Source of the DNA: Lama guanicoe
Lineage: Eukaryota
Assembly: GCA_013239625.1 (NCBI GenBank)
Contig: MU054187.1
Span: 1,363,964 to 1,427,963 of the forward strand
Length of the DNA stretch: 64,000 nt
Reading direction: 5' to 3'
The position numbers and the translations under genes were made by a program. The notes beneath the pieces were generated by a model. It was given only the letters and a program-made list of their open reading frames with translations. It had not been told where the DNA came from and searched no databases. Numbering within the stretch: position 1 is the stretch's first letter; each line of letters starts with the position of its first letter. Below, one piece after another: positions 24,448 to 37,265 of this stretch.

Positions 24448-24824
24448 CCCTTTCTTGCTGAGTCGCTTCCAAACCGTGTATTTTCTTGCTTGATAGTTAA
24501 TGAAACTAACAATTTTCATAAATAATAGGAAATGCCTTTTCAGACTGAATCCATGTGGAAAATTGCGGAGACAAACATGAACTTTGAAGCAGTAAGGAAC
24601 GTGAATATGCCTCACCAGTAAAGCCTCTTCCAAACGGGAATCACAGACCGAATCGGGGCAAACATCTCAGCCAAAATTGGCAGGTCGTCACCCTACCGAG
24701 CGTCCCAAAGATTTCACAATGTTTTACAGCTTAAAATAAGCTCCCCAAGTGTGTAGAATAGTGTGTTTATGAAAAGCTGTTTTGGTTAAAATGAGAAAGA
24801 AAGACTAGAAACAATCACTCTGCA

Positions 24825-25446
24825 AGAGCAGTGAGAGCAGAACTACCACGTGGTCCGGCAGCCCCAGCCCTGGGCACGCACCTGGAAAAGCGGGAACGCT
24901 AATTTGAGAAGGTACATGCGTCCGATGTTCTTGGCCGTTTACAACAGCCAAGGACACAACCTAAACATCCACTGACAGACGACAGGACAAGATGTATGCA
25001 GCCACAATGGGACACGACTCAGCCATATTAAAAAAAAACAATGAATCAATGCCATTTGCAGCAACATGAACGAAGCTGGAGATTGTCACACCGAGTGAAG
25101 TAAGTCAGAGAGAAAGGCAGACACCACATGATGTCACTTATACAAAAACTTATAAAAAAGGGTACAAATAAACTCATTTACAAAAATACTCGCAGACATA
25201 GAGAACAGAGCAGTGGCTACCAGTGGGCAGGGGAGGGGGAACAGGGGACATAGGATGGAAGGTCACAGACCACTACGTACGAAACCGACGGGCGGCAGGA
25301 CACACTGCACCGCACAGGGAGGTACAGCCCTGAGCTTGCGGTCACTGCTAATTGAGTGTGATCTGCAAAAACACTGAATCACTGTCCCGTGCACCTGAAA
25401 CTAGTGTAACACTGTAAACCAACTATGCTTCAACCTAAAACAACAA
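24825..25446 (+). mobile_element. Artiodactyl-type L1 3' end, GC-shifted
   Basis: Colinear with 19200-19820 (GCCATTTGCAGCAACATG, ACTCATTTACAAAA, CTGAATCACTG...AACTATGCTTCAA), with many A/T-to-G/C changes. Confidence 0.85.
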
Positions 25447-25569
25447 GGAATTTACTCTTTATAAGAGGTTAGTATCTACCTGCTTTTAATTCTCTATCCA
25501 TTCAGCATATTAATCTTGGTCCTGATTAGTGCAAGGACTGTTTCTGTTGTCTTAAAAATAAGACAGTCC

Positions 25570-25591
25570 ACACACACACACACACACACAC
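25570..25591 (+). repeat. (CA)n microsatellite
   Basis: Directly visible. Confidence 0.9.
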
Positions 25592-25863
25592 CAGCGAGCA
25601 CAGCAAACCTTTACCGTAGTGTTCCTTCAGTAAACAACTATTTGGAGCACAAACCAGTGCTGACGTACCCGCTGCAGGGACCAGGGCCGCCTGGCGTGTT
25701 TTAGCAGTGTTCATAACCCATATTAATTTTTGCCCGATGAGTGATCTTCCAGAACACAAAATTTTAAGAAAGCATACCGAATTTTACATACCAAGAAAAT
25801 ATTTCCTTTCAGTAAACATCCTAAAGAAATGTCCTGAAGAAAAACACTCTGCAGTAGACGGAC

Positions 25864-25926
25864 TTACGAATAGTAATTAGTGATTTATGAATAGTAATTA
25901 GTGATTTACGAATAGTCATTAGTAAC
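25864..25926 (+). repeat. 21-bp tandem repeat, 3 copies
   Basis: TTACGAATAGTAATTAGTGAT / TTATGAATAGTAATTAGTGAT / TTACGAATAGTCATTAGTAAC. Confidence 0.95.
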
Positions 25927-27959
25927 ATATTGGGAGTATTATGAGAACCTAGCCTATTATACAAATTTACATCCAAAAGTGGCAATAAATAAATTTAGTA
26001 TTCAAATGAGACTATTTTATAGGAGAAAAAGTAATTTTAATTATGTAATATATTCAATGTTTAAGCATATTCAGGCAGTAAATCTCTGAACCCAGGGAGA
26101 AAAACATTCTGCTAAGGAATTTCTTCTGAAGAAACAAATCGAACAATCGTGCCTTTGTAATTTTATAAAAAATTCTTATGCTCCTTCTCTTCCAGGAATA
26201 GAATGGGATTAATCACTATGCATATTAAAGTAAAAAATGTCTACTTTTGTGGAGTCTGGTGACTGGTTTGAGAGGTGCCACCTATAGACTTCCACTGAGA
26301 AAAAGGCATTTTAGTTATTCTTTACAAAACGCCTTTAAACAGACTGACATGTGCTGTATCCTAGCAACAAAGGCCAGAGCAGTGCATTTAACCAGACGGA
26401 AGGAAGCAATTTTTTTCTGCCATCTTCCAGTAATGGCTGATACAGGGCAGAGGAGATTATTACAACTGTCATATAATGTTCTTTTGAGAAATGTTAAAAT
26501 AGATTACATTTATTTTCACATAAAATGTGAGTTTTGAGACTATAGTGAACAGGGTTGTTTTAATTATATCTCATTATGCTTATCTGTTCTCGTCTCTTAA
26601 TCCCCAGTTATTAGTAATTCACATAGCAGCAGGACATGTTTTAGCAACTTTAATTCAGCCGACTACTTAAATTACCCTCATTTGAGTTATGTAAAATTTA
26701 AGTACTGAGACATCATTTACCTTCTTAACCCACTACATTCTTGAACAAACGTAACTATGGGAACAGTAAGTGAATTGATTTCAGAATGCATTACAATTAG
26801 AGGACAAGGAATAAGTAAAATGTTAAAATATCTTATGTTAAAATATGCTATTTTTACACATTATACTTAGAGAATGCAAGAACTGCACAGAAGCATAAAG
26901 ACCACATCACAAAATATTCTTGGCTCATGGACCAGAGACCTAAGCCATGTAGATGGGAAGTCAGCTGTCTGGTAAGTGAACTGAAATACTGCACACTGAG
27001 TAACAGGGGAGGGGCGGATAGGGATATTTTTCTGTAAGGAAATGCTAATTTCATTATTAGACACTGAGATTAGATTACCAGAGGTGGACATGCCCCACAG
27101 ACGATTATAAAAACAGCAGTGGAGGCTGGAGTTTTGAAAACACCAGGGCTTCACATGCTCAGAGATCAAGGTCACGATTAAGGTCTCAAGAGGGGACATA
27201 ATCAGGTAATAGAGCACAGAGGGGATGTGCCTGGAGACCAGCCTAGAAGTCCCGAGTCTGACTGCCAGGAGAGCCGGTGTCAGCAGGAAAGCATGTCCAG
27301 AGAAGCCAGCAAAACTTTCCCAAGGGCTGGGTGTTTGCCCAGGGCCTCGTGGCAATCACGTAAAGTGACAGAGGAGAGCTTCCAGTGATGGACGTTTGGA
27401 AATCACTGACTTACCTTCAGGGCGGGGTTTCAACAGCACAGAGGTTAAGCGTTGATGTTAAGCATGTAAACTTTTGCTTTAAGTGATTTCAACTGTTTTT
27501 AGAGTCTCATAGAGATCGTTCATAGTATTAATTGTTTAAGTGGCTTAAAGAAAAACATAACCAGAAACAGTGCAGAAGTAACAGGCTGAAAGCAGGACTC
27601 AGGCATCCCATGCTCGCCTTCACGCCCGTGAGGAGGCCGAGGCGGTGGGGTTTCCAGCATCTGAGGGGAGGAGAGTGGAAAGGCGAGGAGCAGGGACAGG
27701 ACAGCCAGCTGGGCGCTGAGGCTGCTGCCCGAGCTCCGAGTGATCGCCTCCCAGCGCTCAGGGGGGTTCTGGAGGCTGGTCCCTCTTCCCCAGCCGGAGA
27801 GGAGGCGGATCTGCAAAGGCAGCCGCTGGTGCTGTGCTGTTACTCCGGGAGGTCAGGGGACTGCTGACCCGGGAGAGGCTGGGGACAAGCCGGGGGACAC
27901 AGAGAGAAAGGAATTGATTTCAAGATAAGACAGGAGACTCAACTTCTAAAACACACACT

Positions 27960-28425
27960 GAATGTTTGAAAAAAAAAGTCGCTATGCAGCCTTATGTCAC
28001 CAGAGGCAAAATATGGAAAGAACCCAAGCGTCCCTCAAGGGACGACTGGGTGAAGATGACGTGGTGCAGTGCATCCAGCCTCGAGAGAGACGGGCCCGCC
28101 GCATGGGACAGCACGGGTGGGCCCAGGGCGTGGCGCCCAGAGAGAGAAGCCAGACAGAGAAAGACACACACGGTACGGTATTATTTATATTTGGAATCTG
28201 GGGGAAAATACCTCAGAGACTTAGAAACAGACTAGAAAGATGGTCACCATGGCTCGGGGGGTGATGGTGGGAGAAACAGGAAGAGGTAGGTAAGATGTAC
28301 AGACTTCCAGGTGCAAGATGAATAGGTCTGAGGGTCTAACCTTCAACACGTGGCTCTGACTGATAGCACCACATTGTAAAACCAAAATCTGCTGAGAAAG
28401 GGGGCTGAAATGTTCTCAGCAAAAA
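27960..28425 (+). mobile_element. L1MA-like 3' UTR, partly GC-shifted
   Basis: AAGCCAGACAGAGAAAGACACACAC...TTTGGAATCT...TACAGACTTCCAG...AAATCTGCTGAGA...AAATGTTCTCA. Confidence 0.75.
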
Positions 28426-28429
28426 CAAA

Positions 28430-28538
28430 CAAGCACAACCTCAGTGTCCACGACAGAGGACTGGATGAAGAAGCTGTGGTGTATGTATCCAATGGAATAT
28501 TACTCAGCCATAAAAAAGAATAAAATAATGCCATTTAC
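28430..28538 (+). mobile_element. Short young L1 internal fragment
   Basis: GAAGAAGCTGTGGTGTATGTATCCAATGGAATATTACTCAGCCATAAAAAAGAATAAAATAATGCCATTT is nearly identical to 19360-19426. Confidence 0.85.
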
Positions 28539-31500
28539 GGTAGGTTATTACTTTTCTTTCTAGAAAAAGGTTTAGACTGTATCTGTGGCACCAAGAACAG
28601 GGCCTGTTGTGTGGCAGGAACACAGCACAAAATCTGTGGAAAGTGCAAACTACAGTGAAAATGAATTTGTTTCTATAATTTAATAGGGCTTGTGAATAGC
28701 TGAGACATAAATTTAATTAAAACATTTTTAAACTACATGAAATATGGAGTTTATGTTTCTAAGGTCTTTACTTGGAGCTTTTTATAGATTTTCCACCATA
28801 AACTTTCAAAACCCTTGGCAGCGTGCCCACACAGACTGCTAACGCTTGTCAATTCTAATGCACGTTTCAGGTCAAGGCGTCAGGCAGCGTCTGATTCCGT
28901 TTCTTCCTAATAATTCCCAACAGGTGCTGTGACACGGTGCACAGCACACGTGCTCCTGCCACCAAGACAGCACCGCCAGCTGGGACTGAAGCTCGTTTCC
29001 ATTACGGCGGGTATTTAACACACAGTGTGGCATTTACCAAAAAGGCAGAGTTTAGTTCTCAGAAGCATGACTATGAATTCCAAATTCATATGTTTTTTGA
29101 CACTTCTGTGCCTTCTTTTTACCTCAGCACTGCTCTCGGTTTCCTGTGACGTGCCGCAGTGTCTGCGCGAGCCGTCACACACATGAGCTGCTCTCTCTCG
29201 TGTTGATCACGGGTTATGCAATAGCTCCTTCTAAAGCTTCTGATTAAAAATCCCCGTAAAATACACTATATATTAATAGCCCTTCAGGATGAGTCTGTGT
29301 TGTTCTGGGAGCTGGAGCTCTGAGGGCAAACGAGACAGCAAGGCAGTCATAGGCTGGTGTGAGTGTTCGTCTTCCTGGGTCATTCTTTGCTCTTTCCAGT
29401 TACGGCTGCCCTCATACACGGCAATGCCTGGTCAGGGGACATTTTTTTTCATGTTTTACTTAGTGATTTAAGTCAGTTTAGACATTTTCCTTTTTATAAC
29501 CCCTTTTAAAAGAAATCTCATTATTTTTCAAACTGAAACTATAATGAGAGCGTCTAGGGAATGTCTTCATTCTTGGTCTCCTCGCGGCAGCACAGGACTC
29601 CCCTCATTAGAGTATCCTGTGTGGTTTGGACACTTATAATTCCTTATCCTCCGGTGGCAGATACCAGGTTCGCTTCTGAAAGGCACTGTGCATTCTTTCT
29701 ATCGTATAAATTTTCAGTCCCTAACACACATCTGAGTGCCATATATTCTAGGCACCAAGCAAACTCCCATTCACTGATTTTAAGTTCTTTTGAGCCAACT
29801 GAAATAATGCTATCCTATGGTCATAGTGAAATAAGACAGGAATCTTCACAGGTATTTCAAATACGGGCCAAGAAAAGCAATGCAATCGTGCCTTTGTTAT
29901 ACCATAGCTCTTTATGCCACAGATTTAGAGGTTCTGATCTCTCAAAATTATGTACCATTTAAGTGATGTCTTACCACAGGCTGTGAAGGCAGCCTCCTGA
30001 TGTCAGCATTCCAAGGGGCTCCCAGCACTTAGGCGGCGTATCCTGGCGGGTACGTTAAAAGGCAAATTTTCCATTGCACCATATACCAGAAACTGACACA
30101 CAGTAATTGACTGTACTTCAATAAAAAATGCAAATTTTCATCAGAATTGCTGCTAGAAAAAGAGATAAAGAAAAGGTGAAAGATCTCTGCAACATTAAGT
30201 TTCCTGCACACCAAAGCCCGAGATTCTCCCACAGCCCTTCACTGAATGGGCTGTAGCAAGCCCACGTGACGGGCCATCTGACTTTGGCGAGAAGTGGGTC
30301 GTCCCGTGGGAGGACCTGCTAGGCACCCAGAAGGAGTGGCTGCGGGAAAGACTGGACACAGCTCCTCATCCCGTAGGTACCGGTGAAAGTAGCTCCATGG
30401 TTTGTTCCATTTACAGATGAGTACAGTTCGGTGTCACTTGTGTTTCAGGCTCAGAGATGAAAATATGACAGATTCTAGCTCCCATGAAGTTCACAGTCTA
30501 CTTGGGGACACAGAATGGAAAACAAAGGAGACTGCACAGGGCTATAAACAAGGCATTTACAAGGTAATACAGAAAAGTTATAGAAAAGTTGGCCGTCCTT
30601 GCCTGGGGCTAAGAAGAGACAGAAGCCATGTAAAACACTGCATCAAAGAGGAAGCGTGCTGCGGTCACGTCGACACGAAAGTTCGGGGCGGTGTTCTGTG
30701 CAGTGGCCTCCAATCTTGCAGAGGGACGAGCACAAAGTCAGGACACCTGTGCTTGCTTCTCCATCTTTACAAAAACCTGCTTTGAGAATTTCCCCGAGTC
30801 ACTTTTTCTAGGATTCACCTGCGCCGTGTAACACTGTGTGACAGACGTCATGGCTTCCAGGAACCATGCTCCCAGGTCAGGAGGTGACCAAGTGGTGGAG
30901 TCACAGACTCGGAGGAAGGACCCAGGGCTGAAATTCTGCATCAGCTGATTTACTAGCTCATCACAGGGGACGAGTCCACGTATCTAAGCTCCCAGGTTCA
31001 GACGTCCGACTGTGAACAGTAACACCGATGTTGTCAGGTCGCCTAACTCAAAGAGAGCAAATATGCTTCAAAGATCTTTTGAAAATTCGTCTGGGGCTCA
31101 ATTCAAGTGTACTGACCGTCCGTCCATCAGTCCATTTACCCTTTGGGGTCACCAGTGGTCCCTGTCGCACAGTTGTCTCCATCACCTGAACCAATGGACA
31201 TGCTCGTGTTTCCCGGTGACATGACTCACTTCATGAAGTGTCAAGGCCCATCGCATCCCTTTAGAAAAGCAATATAGAAACAGCAAGACCAGTAATCTGC
31301 CTCTGGTCCAAAAGCGGTCATAACAATCGCCACTACGTTAAAGACGCAATAAAAAGTATCCAAGTAAAGACTTGTTAATGTGGCATTTAAACCAAATCAA
31401 ACGCAAAAATTTGTAGTGAACAATGGAATACACTGATGGGACTTCGTTTCAAATTACCTAATCATGAATAAAACAGCTTCATCTGAATATGAACCTTGAA

Positions 31501-31639
31501 TAAGCGTGTAGTTTTGTACGAGAGCTAAGAACTAAGTGACATTATTTCCTAAGACTTGTTAATGGTATGGAGTTAAAAAGAAGAAAAAGAGTCCTGTGCT
31601 TGGAGGCACAGGGCGTCCTGCGGTAGAATGAACTGTAAC

Positions 31640-31795
31640 TAGCGGCGTGGCTCACCTTTATCACGCTTGCATCTGTGTTCTCACCTCATCAGCTGCGTCT
31701 TATAAACAATAAATACCGTGTCTCCCTAATCTCAGTGACACGGCTTGCACGCAAAGCTCATGAGGAAAATGTGAACACAAAGTGTCATTAAGCAT
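31640..31795 (+). mobile_element. MIR remnant
   Basis: GCATCTGTGTTCTCACCTC...AAATACCG...AAAGCTCATGAGGAAAATGTG resembles the MIR core. Confidence 0.4.
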
Positions 31796-32769
31796 GAGAA
31801 AATGACTCAGAGAAATTCAGGAAGGGAATTAACATTCCAGACCCAGACTGAAACTGTATTTGCTCTCCGTGGAATGCACAGCCGCATTATTTTGCCAAGC
31901 TTCTTCATACTCTCACCGTTACTGTTTAAAAGGCAACTAAGTTTCTTACAAAATGCTCTCTATTAAACAAAAATGTATACTGAGAATTAAGTTCCTCTTA
32001 GGAAAAAAATATCATAAATGATAAATGTTTATTTGCGAGTCAGAAAAGTAAAATATTTGGAAAGTCTATTATATTCATAATCCTCTGCACAAAGTCTATC
32101 TATCTTTAAAATATATATATAACCCTCAGAAATGAGAACCCCTGTGTAAACAATATCGGTGTTTTAGCCATTTTGACTGAGAGGAATTCTTCTAGCTCAC
32201 ATAAAATTCTCTTCCTATGTTTTAAGCTGTCAAAGCTATAATTTATGACACTGCTTTAGGAAGCAATCTCTGTTGGTAGCATTTGTTAGAAAACAAAGCA
32301 AAGCAAACACTTGCGTTTATATCTTATAGCAAAAAAGAGGATGGGGAGAAGTTCGGTGTGGTTGTGAGCAAATTTTTTAGCAGCTTCCTTTGATCAGCGG
32401 ACCACAGAAGAGGCTGGCTGAGTGGCAGGGCCCGGAGCCGCCCGGCCGAGGTGGGAACCTCACGGGTCATCTGGCTGGAACGGCGGCGGGAGGAGTGCGG
32501 GGATGGGGGGTGCGTCACGATAATCAGACAGGAGTGAGGATAGCGGTCATTCTGGACCAAGGTGGTAGCGAATCCTCCATTCCTTCACATAAATCCTAGA
32601 TAATTTGTCAACCATGGATTTTTGCGTAAGTTTTCATTTTAAAAAATAGTGCTCTAAAATATTATTTACCTTGATAACTGAGTTTTTTCCTTTAAATTTT
32701 GTTCCCGAGTGGTGAAACCCATAACAGGATAAATGTGAGCATGCCCTTTCTGCAGACCTGCAGGGCCTG

Positions 32770-33330
32770 ATAAAATTAGAAAATTTCAGGCAGTTGTACC
32801 TTTAAATACATTCTTCTGTCTCTCTTTCAGAGACTCCAGTTACACGTATGTTCTGTTGGTTGAAATTGTGCCTCACCTCAAGGATTCTTTGTTAGGTTTC
32901 TTTATTTTTTTCCTCCATGTTTCAGTTTGATAATTTTTATTGCTCTGTCTTTAAATTCACTAATTTCACCTTCCGCATATCGAACTTGCTGTTTATCTAT
33001 CTGGAAACATTGTCGTTTCAGCTTTAGAAATATGATGTGGGTCTTTTTTATGAATTCCATGGCTCTACTTAAAATTGTTAACACACACAGTAGAGTCATA
33101 GTAACCAATTCAACGCTGTCTGCTAGTCACTGCCAATTCTGGGTAAGTTGTGATGTTCTTCCTCTTTATTATGGGACATATTTTGCTTTTTTGTCTCTGA
33201 ATTACTGATAAAATTCTAGATATTGAGAATCTTGTCTCATGGGGTGTTCAATATTTTATTATTCTTAGCAATATTTTTTAATTTTATTCAAGATGCATTT
33301 AAATTATTTGGAATTAGTTTAAGCTTTTTT
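32770..33330 (-). mobile_element. Ancient L1 ORF1-region remnant
   Basis: CTTTCAGAGACTCCAGTTACACGTATGTT...TCCATGTTTCAGTTTGATAATTTTTATTG. The minus-strand translation includes EISEFKDRAIKII, which is ORF1 coiled-coil-like. Confidence 0.65.
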
Positions 33331-35039
33331 TAGTAGAGTTTTTTTTTCCTTATTGATAAACTTAAGACTTGGGTACATCAAATAAAGCCACTTTCTAGGG
33401 GAAAAAATCAAAACCCACAATAGAATTTAATAAGTTAAGAAGTTAACACTGTCTGGGTAATAGAAAAATCCAGAAAATATACTCTTGTAGTTGAAAAATT
33501 CTAAGTACTTCATAATGGGCCTTTTAAAAATGACCTAATAAATTTAGCAATGCCTATTTATCAACCTACCTTTTAAACAATTCCCTTTTTTCCTGTTCTG
33601 TGAAAGCAGTGACTCAAAAGACCTGACAGAGGCTCGACGGCACCTTATCTGGGTGGGGGCGGGGGCGGTCCTCCTGGAGGACCGGGGCTCCTGTCAGTGC
33701 CTCGTGTTCTGCACAAAGGCCTCTGCTGCCGTCTCACTGTGCGGGCGAGAAGGGGCGAGAAGGGCAGGGAGCATGCGCTGCCCTGGTTCATCGGCCCGTG
33801 CGGCCCAGGCGCACTTATTCTGAGACCGGCCCCCGCGCCTAGTGTCCCGGGACTGCCCGCTCGGAACCACTGCGAGGCCTGCAGCGTCTCTTTGGTTACA
33901 TGAGCTGTGGTACGCTCTTTTCCTCAGACAATGTAATCCATTTCTAAACAACAACAAAAAGCGTTTAATCTTTTCTCCTGGTAGCACCTTCTCTTGTTGC
34001 CCAGTTCTATTACTATGGTAGGTAATTTCCTTCAAATACACACACATGCACACACATCATTTTTAAAAATTTGAGGTGGAAACGGCTCTGTCTGTATATT
34101 AAATTGATGTCTGAGAATGCATCCACATACAACAAAACACATCCCTTGTATTGCTGTGTGTACGTGTGTGTGCTGATGTCCACATATATTTGTTTGTAAC
34201 AATATAAACTGTAGCTAGAATTATACCTGTATCCTTTTAGCTAGACAGACTCGCCTGCGGTGTGCTGTTATGTAGGTCGATGCTAAACACGAGGATACAT
34301 ATGTCAAGGAAAAGAATCTACTTAGGCTGTATTTACAGAGTGCACATGATCACTTAAAGGAGAAAAGTTACCGAATTAAATATTTGCTGATAAATCCAAA
34401 AGTCAAATCAATTTATTTGTATTCTGAATGATAATTTGATTGAACTAACAAGTGTTTTGATGCTTTTTGTACAGAAAACAGAAACAGTTTTTCTTTGCTT
34501 TGAAAACTCTAAACTAGAAATTCAGTGGAAGTCCCCTTATCACTCATCAATCATTTTTTTCTTTATGTATTGATATGAAGTAGCACACACACATTGAATA
34601 CATTATTAAAAAGAAATACTTGAAATCACTCAAATTTGTTCCAGTCCTCTTGGAAAGTCTGTTACACGTTTTATCGTGTTCTTTGCTTATGGTTTCTGAA
34701 TGTCTCTTTGGACGTGGTTTTGTGCACTTTCACACGCCGTGATACCGTTTTATTATCATCTGAGGCCTTCATACAGCTAGCATTGTCAGCAATATCACAG
34801 TATTCTGCCGACTAGATGTGCCCCGTCTGTGTACTGGGCACTCGCCTCCGTATTTCGTAATGACAGAAAGTGAAGTGACTTCATGCTTTTGGGTCCCCTG
34901 TTCTCACGTCTGAACTCGCTCTGCTGCTTGTCCAGCTCTGCAACTGGGGTTACCCTGGTGAAAGGACGGGATTTTCAGTTCACACGGGGAGACGGATAAC
35001 TCGCAACAGAGAAAATCATGAGTCATCGGGGCTGAAGAC

Positions 35040-35626
35040 TGAGCAGGGGTTTGTCAGGTGAGGAGGAGAAGGAAGGTGGAGGCGAAAAGCCACGGTGACG
35101 GTTCAGGCGGCAAGAAGAGCAGGTGGGATTCGACGCCTCGGAGGCGGCCGTCAGGCCGGGGAAAGAACCGTACAGGCGTGTTCCTAGTGAAAGATGCCCC
35201 CTGGAAAGGCTGCACCCTGTGCGCGTCCATCTGGGTGACGTCTGGAAACGGGAACACTGCGGAGACGGCGACGCGGCCGGCGGCAGCCGCGTGGAGGAGC
35301 AGCTGAGGTGAGTGAGCGCAGGGCTGAGGCTTCGGGGGCCGTGAAGACTCTGTGTGATGGTGAACGACGGACACAGGCCACCGCACATCTCTCCGGACCC
35401 ACAGAACGTACAGCGCCGAGTGAGCCCTCGTGTCCTTGGGGTGTGGGCTTTGGGTGACAATGATGTGTCACTGGGGGTTCACCCTTGGGAAGAAGTGTCC
35501 CATCCTGGGGCGTGACGTTGGTAACGGGTGAACAGGGACCGGGGTTTGTGGAACCCCCTGTGCCTTCCTCTCAGTTTTATGATAAACCTAATGCTGTTTC
35601 TAGAAAATAAAGTCTTTTTTTAAAAA
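35040..35626 (+). mobile_element. L1MC1-like 3' UTR, strongly GC-shifted
   Basis: CTAGTGAAAGATG...GGAAAGGCTGCAC...TTTGGGTGACAATGATGTGTCA...TCAGTTTTATGATAAACCTAA...AAAATAAAGTCT follows the L1MC 3' end. Confidence 0.8.
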
Positions 35627-36149
35627 GCAGCTCTGAAAGCAGGTCCAGAGGCAGGATGGAGTTTACACGGAGCCGGACGCAGACGTAGCGCAGCTGTCAC
35701 TTGTGCAAGGGGCTGGGGGGGGGACCTCCGAGGACAGACAGATGGGTCAGGTCAAAGTCATCGTAAAGAAAGTTGAGATCATTCAGGGTAAATTTTTCAG
35801 AATTGAATTATTGTCAAAAGTAATGAGTATTCTTTTTTTCTAAATAGCCATATATATGGGAATTAAATGTACTCATTTCAAAAATGCAAATCAGTTATGT
35901 AAATATCAGTTTATTTAATGCCCTTTTAATTCTCAACAAGTGATGCTTCCTGTGTTATACATAATGAAAAGTAATGAACTTGGAATCCATTTACTCTGTT
36001 CCATTTTGTTTATTTTTATGCTCGTGGCAGACTACACTGAGCTCTCCATTTGACGAATATTCATGTGATAGTAACTCTAACAGCATTTTCTCTGGCCAAT
36101 TATGTTTTCATCACACAAATGCTAATTACTCAATAATTTTCCTTGGTAA

Positions 36150-36850
36150 ATATATTTTTAAACCCACAATGTGACAGGCATTGTGTTAGCTGAAAACTCT
36201 GTTTCCTTCCCTCCTGGGATGTGCAGCTGGTGGCACAGAATGACATTAATAAAGGAGTCACTCAGATAAACACGGCTACACACTTCAAGGTAAGTATCAA
36301 ACAGGAATACAAAGTGCGTGGGCACGTCCCAAGGAGGACAGCGCAGGATCCTTCCATGAGGACGTGGCGGTGAGCTCACGAAGGAAGGAAGGACGGGGTT
36401 AGAGGAGAAAGCAGGGGAAAGGCAGCAGGAGGGCACAGCAAGTGCAGAGGCCTGAGGAGGGACGGGGATGGTCCGTTCGTGTGGCTGATGGAAGGGAGAA
36501 CGTGGATGGCGAAGCAAAGCCCCGCCGCCCACACCGGCTGGAGATTATCCCCAAAGCCGAGCCCAGACAGATCCTCGAAGAGGCGGTGGCGGTTAGGTGC
36601 TGTATAAGGGAATGAGTGACATACTTAGGTATGCATTTGAAAAATAAAATCCTTCCAGTTGCAGTGAGGGAGGGCGAGGGGGTGAGCCTTGCTGTAAGGA
36701 GGTCGGTTTGGAAGATGCTGCAGAGGCACCTGGGAGATGCTAGGGTGGTGCCAGGGAAGAAGAGAGATGCACTTGAAACAGAAGAATTTAGGATGAAAAG
36801 TCAAGTGGAGTTGGTGTTCGCGGTTAGAAGAGGATGCGTGCGTGGAGACA
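36150..36850 (+). mobile_element. L2 remnant
   Basis: GGCATTGTGTTAG...CCTTCCCTCCTGGGA...AGGAGGGCACAGCAAGTGCAGAGGCCTGAGG, followed by purine-rich L2-like sequence. Confidence 0.55.
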
Positions 36851-37064
36851 GAGGGAGAGAGATCTCTTTCAGACCTTTCTGATCATTCTGATGTCCTCTT
36901 GTTTGATGATTTTTGTGCTTTTGTGCTGTGACCTTTCATTTTATAAGCATTTGTATTTTATGTGATAAATAACATCTAATGTGATCTACTATCTACCTAT
37001 ATATTACATAGATACATGTCTAATGAGGAATATCCAAGTAGGCAGACAGCTAAAGTGCTTGAGA

Positions 37065-37265
37065 CTGTGAAGCTGTCGGGGCGAGACTTCTCTCGTGATT
37101 CCTGCCTCCCTGCGGCTCACCTCCGACCCTGGCTTTGCCTGTGTGTTATCTGTGCTCAGTCTGAGTTTGCCTCTGTCCGGAGGGCTTAAGTTCTCCAAGC
37201 TTTCTTCTGGAAAGCGGGGCAACTACCAAAACTGGATCAATTCAGTGCCCCTCAAGATTCCTAAA
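37065..37265 (+). mobile_element. MIR remnant
   Basis: CTCTGTCCGGAGGGCTTAAGTTCTCCAAGCTTTC..CTGGAAAGCGGGG...CTGGATCAAT...CCCTCAAGATTCCTAAA. Confidence 0.4.

Noticed and set aside
25864..25926. CRISPR-like repeat
   Set aside because: The units are head-to-tail with no spacers, there are no cas genes, and the context is mammalian.
32600..32720. Possible MER45-like DNA transposon fragment
   Set aside because: Similarity too short and too degenerate to support by eye.
36227..36289. 63-nt in-frame plus-strand exon candidate (LVAQNDINKGVTQINTATHFK) with AAG|GTAAGT
   Set aside because: It lies inside an L2 remnant, has no partner coding exons and the peptide is unrecognised. Exonisation cannot be excluded without RNA data.
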